A stretch of 64,000 nt of DNA. Source: Myxococcota bacterium (GTDB taxonomy: Bacteria; Myxococcota_A; Polyangia; HGW-17). Each line of letters starts with the position of its first letter. Position 1 is the stretch's first letter. Location of the stretch: NCBI GenBank assembly GCA_018821305.1, contig JAHJMN010000189.1, positions 55,115 through 119,114 on the forward strand, in the 5' to 3' direction. This document shows, piece after piece, positions 1-8,659 of this stretch. The translations under genes were made by a program, and so were the position numbers. The notes under the pieces were generated by a model. It made no database searches, was not told where the DNA came from, and saw only the letters and a list, made by a program, of their open reading frames with translations.

Positions 1-33
1 CGAAAAAGAAAAAGCAGTCCATCTTCCCAAAGT

Positions 34-1809
34 ATGGTTCAAACCCCTTCCTTGCCGCAGACTTTTGAAAAGCAGGATATAATTTTCTCAGAGTTTCCTG
101 AAGAAATGAGAAAAAAAGCATTATCAAAACGTCAGAAAGAGGAAGATATAACAGGGTTTTTTCTGCGTTTCCTGAATTTTGTTCTGACCAAACCTGATTC
201 CGGATCTCTTGGATTAATGTCTCTAGCACATATTAAAGTTGAACCGAGACCTTATCAGATTGAAAGTGCCATAAATATTATTGAAAACATGGGTGGAAGT
301 GGTATTCTCGCGGATGAGGTCGGGCTTGGCAAAACTATTGAAGCGGGAATTGTTATTAAGGAAATGGTTCTTCGACGCACTGCAATGAAGATCCTCATTC
401 TGGTTCCAGCATCATTGCTGAGTCAGTGGAAACTGGAACTGGCAGACAAGTTTGGACTTGAAACATGGACTGATGATGATATGGACAAACTTGAATCAGA
501 CTTCTCCGAAGGAATATTTCTTCTGTCCCTTCATCGGGCAAAAAGCAAAAAAATTCAGGGTCTTTTTAAAGCAATAATATGGGATCTTCTCGTTGTTGAT
601 GAAGCACACAGTTTAAAAAATCATTTAACCCAGGCTCATCGCTTTGTTTATTCTCTTCGTCGTAAATATACTATTTTGCTTACTGCAACTCCTATCCAGA
701 ACGATATGCGGGAACTTTACAACCTTATAAATATTGTAAAACCTGGATATTTCAAAAGTATACGATATTTCAGAAGAAAGTTTATGGCTGACCGATATCT
801 TCCTCGAAATCCCGATGAATTGCGAAGACTCTGTAGTCGCGTAATGGTCAGGCACCGTCGTACAGACACATTGATTAAATTACCTCCTAGAAGAGTTAAT
901 ACAACAGTAATAGATATTTCTCCTCTGGAAATGGAGTTTTACAACCTCACAATGGAACTGGCGCGGAAAGCAGCTTCAGAAGCATCGGAACGCAACGACA
1001 ATCTAATGCTTCTGCTCTCTATTCTTCTCAAAGAGTCTACTTCTTCCCCTCAGGCCCTTTTGTCTACTCTCGAAAGCGCTATTCTGCCCAAAGTCATAAG
1101 AGACCGTGAATTTCATCTTTTAAGACAGCTTATTGATACCGGGAAACATCTTGATTATACAACAAAAATGTTGAAACTTATTGATATTATCAATAAAGAA
1201 GACAGTCCTATTATTATTTATACCGAATATGTTAAAACCATGGAGGTTATTGAAAGATTACTCAAACGCAACGATTTAGTTGTGAGTACCTACTCTGGAA
1301 AGCTCCGACAAAACGAAAAAGATGATGTTCTTGGTTTTTTCAGAACAAAGGGTGGGATCCTCCTTTCAACAGAAGTAGGCGGGCAAGGACTGAATCTTCA
1401 GCATTGTCACCGAATGATCAACTTTGATCTTCCATGGAATCCCATGCGTCTAGAGCAGCGAATTGGTCGAATCCATCGTTTCGGTCAACAGCAGGAAGTT
1501 GAAATCACGACAATGGCTGGTCGTGGAACTTTTGAAGAATACCTTGTGAATATACTGGTTTCAAAAATAAAGCTATTCCAAATGGTTATCGGGGAAATCG
1601 ATTCAATTCTCGCATATCTGAAAGATCCATTACCCATTGAAAGGAAAATTGGCCGTATTATTCTTGAGAGTTCCGACTCCACTTCACTTCAAAAACGACT
1701 TGATAAACTGGCCACTGAAATCCTTGAAGCCAAAGCCATTTTTGAAAAAGATCAGGCTCTTAATACAGAGTTTCTGGATCTTCCTGCAGGAATGAATGAT
1801 GTCTCCTAA
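34..1809 (+). CDS. SNF2-family (Swi2/Snf2, RapA-like) helicase; may extend 5' past the window edge
   Basis: Helicase motif I ILADEVGLGKT, motif II VVDEAHSLKN (DEAH), helicase-C motif QRIGRIHRFGQ. Frame 1 is open from nucleotide 1, so the true start may lie upstream of the window. Confidence 0.8.
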   Translation: MVQTPSLPQTFEKQDIIFSEFPEEMRKKALSKRQKEEDITGFFLRFLNFVLTKPDSGSLGLMSLAHIKVEPRPYQIESAINIIENMGGSGILADEVGLGKTIEAGIVIKEMVLRRTAMKILILVPASLLSQWKLELADKFGLETWTDDDMDKLESDFSEGIFLLSLHRAKSKKIQGLFKAIIWDLLVVDEAHSLKNHLTQAHRFVYSLRRKYTILLTATPIQNDMRELYNLINIVKPGYFKSIRYFRRKFMADRYLPRNPDELRRLCSRVMVRHRRTDTLIKLPPRRVNTTVIDISPLEMEFYNLTMELARKAASEASERNDNLMLLLSILLKESTSSPQALLSTLESAILPKVIRDREFHLLRQLIDTGKHLDYTTKMLKLIDIINKEDSPIIIYTEYVKTMEVIERLLKRNDLVVSTYSGKLRQNEKDDVLGFFRTKGGILLSTEVGGQGLNLQHCHRMINFDLPWNPMRLEQRIGRIHRFGQQQEVEITTMAGRGTFEEYLVNILVSKIKLFQMVIGEIDSILAYLKDPLPIERKIGRIILESSDSTSLQKRLDKLATEILEAKAIFEKDQALNTEFLDLPAGMNDVS

Positions 1810-2533
1810 TTTTTCCGAAGATTCTGACATAAAAATTAAGTTTCAAAATCATGTTTTCAATCGATATGGGATCGCCATTGATGGTGATACTGCAAAAATC
1901 CCAGATAAAGAAAAAGAGTTGTTTATTGACGGCTCTGAGGTAACTGTCAGCCCTGACATGTCCCGAGGTTTCTTCTGGCAACGATTATCAAATCTAATTG
2001 GTGAAAGAGAAAGCTCCTGGTTCAGGATGTCCACCGATGCCCTCACCGCCGGGATTCTGTTTCCAGACCTGAATCCGAATGTACCTATTATATTGCTCTG
2101 TTTGAGGATACAGTATGAGGCTCACCACATCATTGAGGAAACTATTACCGTAGCTGCGGATGACTCACGCTGCATCACAATTGATGAAGCAATGATGATT
2201 CAAAAGCTAGATTTATTTAATACTGCCAAGATCTACATTACAGAAAGTGTTCTAAATCAAAGAGTTAAACTTGTTAACTCCGCTGTAAAAGAGTTTCTGG
2301 CTCCATCTACCGATTCAATACGAAAAACGATGTTTTCCACTTTTAATCAAGAGATTGACCGAATTGAAGAGTATTATTCTCAACTTGGGGTAAAAACTCA
2401 AAGTGATGAAGAGTTCCAAAGACTTTTGCATGAAAAATCAATTTTGATTGAAGAAACAAAACGAAAACTTCATCCTTCTTCGCTCAAGACAATCGTCATT
2501 ACCCAGTTCGGGGCATCAATAATCACTCAATAA
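1796..2533 (+). CDS. hypothetical protein, translationally coupled to the SNF2 helicase (14-nt overlap)
   Basis: 245-aa ORF whose ATG lies inside the 3' end of the helicase gene. No recognisable motifs. Confidence 0.5.
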   Translation: MMSPNFSEDSDIKIKFQNHVFNRYGIAIDGDTAKIPDKEKELFIDGSEVTVSPDMSRGFFWQRLSNLIGERESSWFRMSTDALTAGILFPDLNPNVPIILLCLRIQYEAHHIIEETITVAADDSRCITIDEAMMIQKLDLFNTAKIYITESVLNQRVKLVNSAVKEFLAPSTDSIRKTMFSTFNQEIDRIEEYYSQLGVKTQSDEEFQRLLHEKSILIEETKRKLHPSSLKTIVITQFGASIITQ

Positions 2534-2753
2534 TCAAAAGTATAAAATAGTCTGTTTCTTTTTCTCTTTATTCTGCAATATCCATCAACCTGATGAAGAA
2601 ATCTCTATTGCTCTCACCACTTTTTCTTCCAAAAAAAATCTGCCCGCAGTTGCGCGGTTTTCTCCCCAAAAAGGATATTTTGAAAATTAATAAATCTGGA
2701 GTATAACTGTTTTCAATTGAGTACAAGTTAGTTCTTTTTCGAATGGAGTTTAT

Positions 2754-4937
2754 ATGAAAAATAAATTTTTTTGGGCGACCAGTATTATCTTTATTGCAGC
2801 ATGTTCATTTGATACTTCAGGTCTCGACAATAACAATTCAAGTTGTGGAGACAACGTCATAAATGGTTCAGAAGAATGTGAAGGTAACGACCTTGATGGT
2901 GAAGATTGTATAAGTCTTGGCTTTTATGGAGGATCTCTAAGCTGTTCATCTGATTGCACTTTCAATACTTCTTTATGCACTGGCACTTGCGGTGACAGTA
3001 TAATAAATGGTTCAGAAGAGTGTGACGGGGTGGATATCGCTAATCATACCTGTGCAGACGAAGGGTTCAATGCAGGAATTGTTACCTGTAACACAGACTG
3101 TACTTTTGACATTTCCGATTGCCATGGAGAAGCAGTTTGCGGAGATGGAATTCTTCAATCTGGAGAAGAATGCGATGAAGTTGATTTTGGCGATTCAACC
3201 TGTTTAACTCTTGGTTTTTATGGTGGCGTTTTAGGTTGTAACAATGACTGCACTCTCAACATATCTGATTGTCAGGCCAATGGTTATTGCGGAGATTCAA
3301 CGGTTCAGACACAAAGAGAGGATTGTGACGGCACATCGCTTTCTAACACTACATGCATTTCCCTTGGTTTTTACGGTGGCAACCTACTTTGTTCTGATGA
3401 GTGCAGTTTTAATACTACTGATTGTGAAGCCCAGGGTATGTGCGGAGATGGTATTATTCAAGACGGGCATGGTGAAATCTGTGATCTTGAGAATTTCGGT
3501 TCTCACACATGCGCTGACTACAATTATTACGAAGGAACACCTTTATGTGTAGGTTGCACTGAGGTTAACACATCTCCCTGTATTGGAAGATGCGGTGATA
3601 ATATAGTACAAACGAACTACGGAGAAGTCTGTGATGTTCTTAATTTAAACAATCGCTACTGTCGCAATGAAGGATTCTTTAACGGAACTCTTTCTTGTGA
3701 ATCTAACTGCAGTTCTTATATTTCATCAAGTTGTTTACCTTTAACCGAACTGAATTTATTACAGGAAAACTGGGGCCGCGATATTATTATGGATGATGCT
3801 GGTAATATTTTTATTACCGGGAGAAAAAGAAATCTCGCAAATTCCAACTGGGATGGCTATGTCACAAAATATGATATTTCCGGAAATCCAGTTTTTTCAA
3901 ATCTAATTGCCTCTTCCAGCGATGAAATGGGGTATTCCGTTAAAAAAGATTCCCTGGGGAATATTTATGTTATGGGATATTCGGAAGGTTCGATCCAGAC
4001 CACAGGTACAAAACCCGGGGGAAGTGATATTTTTCTCGCAAAATATGATTCCGCTGGAAACCAGTTGTGGATCCGACTGTATGGAACAGCGGGCTATGAT
4101 ACTGGTCGACACATGGCCCTTGACTCCGCAGGCAATGTAATCCTCATTGGCTATACATCGGTAGCAAACTCCACTGGTACTGATTCTAACAATGATGTTA
4201 TTATTATAAAAACAGATTCTTCAGGGACGGAGTTGTGGAAAGACACTTTTGGTGTAGCAAACGTTGATGACTTGGGCCTTGGTGTAACTGTTGACCATTT
4301 TGATAATATCTATATAGCTGGCATAACCTATGGAAATCTTGAAGGACAAACAAAAACGGGTTCATACGCTGGATTTGTCACTAAATTTCTTTCAACGGGA
4401 GCAAAGCAGTGGACGAGAATTCTCGAGTTTTCATCAATTACAGGAATTGATTATGCCTCTTTCATTTACTCCATAGATTTCAATAGAGTAAGCGGGGAAA
4501 TCGTTGTTGGCGGTTATACTGTTTATGATTACGGCACCACGAATGAACGAAATTATGTAATTCAAACATTGACAACAGCGGGAACTCTGAATAATCCAAT
4601 AATACATGAAATAAACAACTCAAACGAGATATTTGTAGAAGTACATGCAGCAGACGATGGAAACATATATGCCACAGGCTCCATGTCCAATGAGCTTTCC
4701 GGAGCAGATTATGATGGTCTCAAGGATGTGCTGATAGTGAAATTTGATTCGGCCCTGAATCATTTATGGACACGCTCATTCGGTGGTTCCGGAGAAGATG
4801 AAGGATTTGCAGTTTCAACTGCCGGTGGACTCAATGCCGGCTCTGTTTGCGTGACCGGGTATTCCGGAAGCAGCAACGGTGATTTTTCGGGATATACAAC
4901 TAGAAATGCATTCGTTGCATGCATTTCTGAAGACTAA
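2754..4937 (+). CDS. secreted lipoprotein: six Myxococcus-type cysteine-rich repeats followed by SBBP beta-propeller repeats
   Basis: Signal peptide with lipobox (IAAC). Six units of about 48 aa with the pattern CGD...EECD...C..LGFYGG.L.C...C.F...C. C-terminal repeats such as GNIYVMGYSEG...GGSDIFLAKYDSAGNQLW are typical of the SBBP beta-propeller repeat. Confidence 0.75.
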   Translation: MKNKFFWATSIIFIAACSFDTSGLDNNNSSCGDNVINGSEECEGNDLDGEDCISLGFYGGSLSCSSDCTFNTSLCTGTCGDSIINGSEECDGVDIANHTCADEGFNAGIVTCNTDCTFDISDCHGEAVCGDGILQSGEECDEVDFGDSTCLTLGFYGGVLGCNNDCTLNISDCQANGYCGDSTVQTQREDCDGTSLSNTTCISLGFYGGNLLCSDECSFNTTDCEAQGMCGDGIIQDGHGEICDLENFGSHTCADYNYYEGTPLCVGCTEVNTSPCIGRCGDNIVQTNYGEVCDVLNLNNRYCRNEGFFNGTLSCESNCSSYISSSCLPLTELNLLQENWGRDIIMDDAGNIFITGRKRNLANSNWDGYVTKYDISGNPVFSNLIASSSDEMGYSVKKDSLGNIYVMGYSEGSIQTTGTKPGGSDIFLAKYDSAGNQLWIRLYGTAGYDTGRHMALDSAGNVILIGYTSVANSTGTDSNNDVIIIKTDSSGTELWKDTFGVANVDDLGLGVTVDHFDNIYIAGITYGNLEGQTKTGSYAGFVTKFLSTGAKQWTRILEFSSITGIDYASFIYSIDFNRVSGEIVVGGYTVYDYGTTNERNYVIQTLTTAGTLNNPIIHEINNSNEIFVEVHAADDGNIYATGSMSNELSGADYDGLKDVLIVKFDSALNHLWTRSFGGSGEDEGFAVSTAGGLNAGSVCVTGYSGSSNGDFSGYTTRNAFVACISED
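2844..3735 (+). repeat. in-frame tandem array of six cysteine-rich repeat units of about 150 nt inside the lipoprotein gene
   Basis: Periodic recurrence of tgcggagat/tgtggagac ... gaagaatg(t/c)ga ... ggtttttatggtgg at roughly 150-nt spacing. Confidence 0.7.
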
Positions 4938-4968
4938 AGTATATTTTTTTAACAACAACCTATTTCAC

Positions 4969-5778
4969 TCAGCGGGAATGCTCAAGAAACTCATTTATTT
5001 CAATAACTAATTCGTCCGTTACGTAAACTTTGTTTCGATATTTTAAAAACTTTGGAACCGAAACATGACCCTGACTTGGAACGAGGGGAAAACCAAGAAT
5101 TTCTGTCCAGTCTTCGATTAAGGGTAGAAAACCCATTGGCCCTGAAGTAACGTCCCCATGATGATTTTCGATAGATACAGAAATTTCCGGGGGTATATGC
5201 CACTTTTCAAATAATTGGGCCGCAGCTCTGCAGTGGCTTGTCTTAAACATTTTAAGTTCGCTACGGTTCCCGTCTTTCGAATCGCCAAAGCGAGCAAGTA
5301 CATTTGGATACAACCTTTTAAACTTAAGAATTAAAAGGAAAATCCCAATATCATGAAGCAAGCCCATGGTAAATGCTTCATCTGATTCGCAACCACTCTC
5401 TGAAGCCAGTTTTTTACACAACCATGCAGAGACGAGACTGTGTTTCCAGAACATATCAGCATCTAAGGGCGGTTTTAAAATATCGCTTGTCGTTATCACA
5501 TTCATTGTAGCTGACAGTATTAAATGACCTATTAAACGCTGTCCAAGGAGAATTACTGCCTGTTTCAATGAAGTTACGGGTTTACCAATCCCATAAAAAG
5601 GGCTGTTAGCCAATTTCAGTACTCTTGCCGCTAAAATACTATCCTGACTCAGCAACTCACCAAGTTCCGCAGCAGTCGCGTTGCCCCCAGTTATAGCAGC
5701 CCTCAGTTTTGTACATGCGTCGACACTGCCGGGAAGTTGCTTTATTTCTTCTGTAAAATCAATTGTTTCTTCAGTCAT
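4969..5778 (-). CDS. HDOD-domain signalling protein
   Basis: AAELGELLSQDSILAARVLKLANSPFYG...LKQAVILLG matches the HDOD signature. Last gene of a tightly packed minus-strand unit. Confidence 0.75.
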   Translation of the reverse strand: MTEETIDFTEEIKQLPGSVDACTKLRAAITGGNATAAELGELLSQDSILAARVLKLANSPFYGIGKPVTSLKQAVILLGQRLIGHLILSATMNVITTSDILKPPLDADMFWKHSLVSAWLCKKLASESGCESDEAFTMGLLHDIGIFLLILKFKRLYPNVLARFGDSKDGNRSELKMFKTSHCRAAAQLFEKWHIPPEISVSIENHHGDVTSGPMGFLPLIEDWTEILGFPLVPSQGHVSVPKFLKYRNKVYVTDELVIEINEFLEHSR

Positions 5779-6435
5779 TTATTTTCCACTTGTAAAAACA
5801 TCCTGACGAAGAACACGCATTCTTATGGAAGTTCCGGAATCATCAGGTTCTGATGCGGATTCATCCTGCCAGGCAATAAAATAAAGATCTCCTACTTTTA
5901 CTACTGTCGGCATTTTCTGATGATTCAGGTAGGTAGTATTGACAGAAATTTCGTCGCTCATGGGATTAGCGCCATAATCAAAACGACGCCCCCTTATCCC
6001 GGCACCGTTTCCATCCACAGCACGTCCCGTTCCGTAAGGGATACACAAACCTTCATGACACCAGGTATCGCCTGAACATTGTTCATCCCCCGTGCAGTTT
6101 CCCTGAGTATCTATGCATGTATTATCAAGGCAGAGCTGCTGCTCTGTGCAACATTCGTCTCCACACGGAGTAGTATCTGGATCACACTGAACAGAACCGT
6201 CAGCATCCGCCGCATCAAATACATCACCATCGGATGCGTCAGTAATATCAGTAATATCCGCATCAATTATATCGGAGCCAGCATCTGTTATTTCTCGTAC
6301 GCAAATATGGTTTACGCACTTCAGGCCATCAGCACAAGCCAGGCGAATCCCACATTCATCTCCTTCACCTGAGCCATGATATTCCGTTCCAATAGTGCAT
6401 GATGTAAATATTATAAGAATTACCAGATATTTCAT
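5779..6435 (-). CDS. secreted cysteine-rich, acidic lipoprotein (unknown function)
   Basis: Signal peptide MKYLVILIIFTSCTIG (lipobox). Many Cys and D-rich stretches (DADITDITDASDGD). Start overlaps the dapA stop, and its stop abuts the HDOD start. Confidence 0.55.
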   Translation of the reverse strand: MKYLVILIIFTSCTIGTEYHGSGEGDECGIRLACADGLKCVNHICVREITDAGSDIIDADITDITDASDGDVFDAADADGSVQCDPDTTPCGDECCTEQQLCLDNTCIDTQGNCTGDEQCSGDTWCHEGLCIPYGTGRAVDGNGAGIRGRRFDYGANPMSDEISVNTTYLNHQKMPTVVKVGDLYFIAWQDESASEPDDSGTSIRMRVLRQDVFTSGK

Positions 6436-7304
6436 ATAATTCCTACCTTTTCAAGTTCATTTTCCAGTATCCGAGCCGATTCATTGGAGAGCTCTGATAG
6501 TGGAAGTCTCACTTCATGACTTTTTATGAGCCCCATTTTCATAAGCGCATACTTTACAGGCGCAGGACTTGTTTCAATGAAGAGCAGGTCACATAATCTT
6601 AAATATTTATAATAAATATCAAGGCTTTCACTTGAATTCGATGACCAACAATCAAACATTTTATGGAATTCTTTCGGAACCAGGTTAGCAACAACACTGA
6701 TAGCCCCCTGCCCTCCAATTGCAAGGAGAGGAAGATTTATTTTATCATCGCCACTTAAAAGGGGAAAACCCGGGCATAATTTTAAAATATCTGCTGCCTG
6801 ACCAACATTACCTGATGCTTCCTTGATTGCAATTATATTTTTGTGCTCATAAAGCCTTGAAACAACTGAGGGACTCATATTGATACCAGTTCGACCTGGA
6901 ACATTATATAAAATCACTGGAATTGGGGATGAATCGGCAACTTTTGTAAAATGACGAGCAAGCCCTTCAGGGCCTGGTTTGTTATAATATGGGGTAACAA
7001 CGAGAGCAGTCTGGGCCCCATACTCAGCGGCAAGTCGGGTTCTTACAATGGTTTTTTCCGTATCATTCATTCCAGTTCCGACAATAAGTGGAATCCTGCC
7101 CCCAATTTTATCAGCAGCATTCTTTACAACCGTACAAAACTCATCATCAGAAAGAGTTGCTGCTTCCCCGGTGGTTCCGCAGACAACAATTCCATCTGTT
7201 TCGTTTTCCAGATGATAATTAATTAATTTCAAAAAAGAATCATTATCAAGTTTTCCTTGCAAAAACGGGGTTACAACAGCGACAATAGAGCCTTTTATAA
7301 GCAT
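6432..7304 (-). CDS. dapA: 4-hydroxy-tetrahydrodipicolinate synthase
   Basis: N-terminus MLIKGSIVAVVTPF, GTTGE motif and overall DapA/NAL-family conservation; 290 aa. Confidence 0.9.
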   Translation of the reverse strand: MLIKGSIVAVVTPFLQGKLDNDSFLKLINYHLENETDGIVVCGTTGEAATLSDDEFCTVVKNAADKIGGRIPLIVGTGMNDTEKTIVRTRLAAEYGAQTALVVTPYYNKPGPEGLARHFTKVADSSPIPVILYNVPGRTGINMSPSVVSRLYEHKNIIAIKEASGNVGQAADILKLCPGFPLLSGDDKINLPLLAIGGQGAISVVANLVPKEFHKMFDCWSSNSSESLDIYYKYLRLCDLLFIETSPAPVKYALMKMGLIKSHEVRLPLSELSNESARILENELEKVGII

Positions 7305-7377
7305 TCAAACACCTCGGAAGTAATCGGTTATTTCTTTTCAAATATAACTCCGCAAAGGACATCGGAGAATATCTGCA

Positions 7378-7470
7378 TAGTTCGTGTCCGGAAATCGTCA
7401 AAGACGACAACTGTTTTCACCGAAAACAGTGAAAGTCCTGAGAGAAAAACTGTATTCAGGACAGTAACTG
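7378..7470 (+). mobile_element. MITE-like intergenic repeat, short copy with terminal inverted repeats plus internal module cgtcaaagacgacaa.tgttttca.cgaaaacagtga.agtcctgag
   Basis: tagttcgtgtccggaaat ... caggacagtaactg; the internal module recurs at 41.1 kb and 44.4 kb. Confidence 0.65.
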
Positions 7471-7650
7471 CATAATAATGAATATGTTCCATTTTGCTTT
7501 TTTTTTCAACAAACTCTTGTACCAATTTCGAAAATGATTCTTTACAGGTGAGGTTAATTTGGCGACTTAAAGATTTCAGCTTGAATTTATATCTGAAATA
7601 CTTTTTACTTTAAAACTAATAGGAGACACAAAGCGCCTCCTGAGGAATAC

Positions 7651-8406
7651 ATGAATCTGAACTCATTCAAATGGCTCGGTTATTTTTTCCTTCTCTCCGG
7701 AATGGGGATTGTAACCCTCTCCATGGGCTGGATTGCTGGATTTCACGGTCTCGGTACCCTCATGACTGTCTCATTAATTCCTCTTCTTCTGGCTGTTCTT
7801 ATTTCGTTTTTTGTCATCAATATTCAGGAGAACGATCTTAAAAAAAGAGACCTGGAACGGAATCTGAACATGAGAACAATACAATTACAGGAAGCAAATC
7901 AGATAATCCGAAGGATTTCTACTAAAGATAGACTGACAGGGCTGTACAATCGCCGGGGACTGAGAGAATTATTGAAACGTGAAATACTTCGATGTGAACG
8001 TCTCAAGACATCCCTTGTTGTTCTGGCAATTACATTTGATGAAGGACGCGATAAAGATAATATAAAAAGATACTCAATGATGAGCGTTCTTGGTAAAAAA
8101 TTGTCAAACTACATTCGCTCTACTGATGTTTTTGCGAGGGTAAGCGAAGATACACTGGCAATTCTTCTTCTGGATACTGGAGTAGATGGTACAAAAATCT
8201 TTCTCGACAGACTTTATGAACAGTTGAACCAGAGCAGTTTCCGATTTCCCGTTTTCAGAGCAGGGTTGGCAATTTTTCCAACACACAGCCCTAATCCTGA
8301 TGATTTAATTAACATGGCTATGCATACGGCGAAACAAACGAACCCAGGCGATATGGGAATTTCTGACGGATTTATACCCGACAATGTACACTCCGGGATT
8401 GACTGA
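7651..8406 (+). CDS. membrane-anchored degenerate GGDEF-domain protein (GGDEF replaced by SEDT; I-site RxxD retained)
   Basis: Two N-terminal TM helices. DRLTGLYNRRGL matches the GGDEF-domain start. The position of RYGGEEF reads RVSEDTLAILL. RSTD sits five residues upstream, matching the I-site RxxD. Confidence 0.65.
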   Translation: MNLNSFKWLGYFFLLSGMGIVTLSMGWIAGFHGLGTLMTVSLIPLLLAVLISFFVINIQENDLKKRDLERNLNMRTIQLQEANQIIRRISTKDRLTGLYNRRGLRELLKREILRCERLKTSLVVLAITFDEGRDKDNIKRYSMMSVLGKKLSNYIRSTDVFARVSEDTLAILLLDTGVDGTKIFLDRLYEQLNQSSFRFPVFRAGLAIFPTHSPNPDDLINMAMHTAKQTNPGDMGISDGFIPDNVHSGID

Positions 8407-8407
8407 T

Positions 8408-8549
8408 TAGTTCGTGTCCTGTAATTCGCTTCGCGAAGGATTTTATTAAAAATCCTAACAGGCCACTATTAATATTTTCAACATCTTGTGGTTACTATCC
8501 AGGAAAAAAAATCGACGAAAAATCTTTGTATTACAGGACATTAACTAAT
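8408..8549 (+). mobile_element. MITE-like intergenic repeat (module A copy)
   Basis: tagttcgtgtcctgtaattcgcttcgcgaaggattttattaaaaatcctaacaggccacta ... gtattacaggacattaactaat. The terminal inverted repeat is GTCCTGTAAT / ATTACAGGAC. Confidence 0.7.
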
Positions 8550-8659
8550 TATTCCTCTGTTTTTTATCAGTTTTTTCTTTTCTTTTTAATATTTTGCTTT
8601 ATGAAGTAACTGTTTTGTTTGTTTGTTTTAAATTTATTTATTTTACCATAGGAGGCCAT

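Noticed and set aside
1485-4140. Short ORFs antisense or out-of-frame within the SNF2 gene and the Cys-rich lipoprotein gene (for example 1485-1682-, 3007-3207+, 3244-3552+, 3903-4112-)
   Set aside because: They are fully embedded in long ORFs with strong domain evidence. The repeat structure of the lipoprotein gene generates open alternative frames by chance.
7257-7475. ORF-track entries 7257-7475(+), 23401-23688(+), 40773-41219(-) and 44257-44490(+) that share peptides such as KTVFRTVT or SPEQKIGKKF
   Set aside because: They are read-throughs of MITE copies in different frames and strands. The shared peptide is just the translated terminal repeat. They have no independent coding signal.
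8594-8659. Upstream TTG start for the 8594 ORF, and likewise the TTG at 32663 and GTG at 28078
   Set aside because: In-frame ATGs with good Shine-Dalgarno sequences (AGGAGG before 8660, AAAGGA before 32765) immediately precede the signal peptide or first conserved residues. The upstream segments overlap MITE or AT-rich intergenic sequence.
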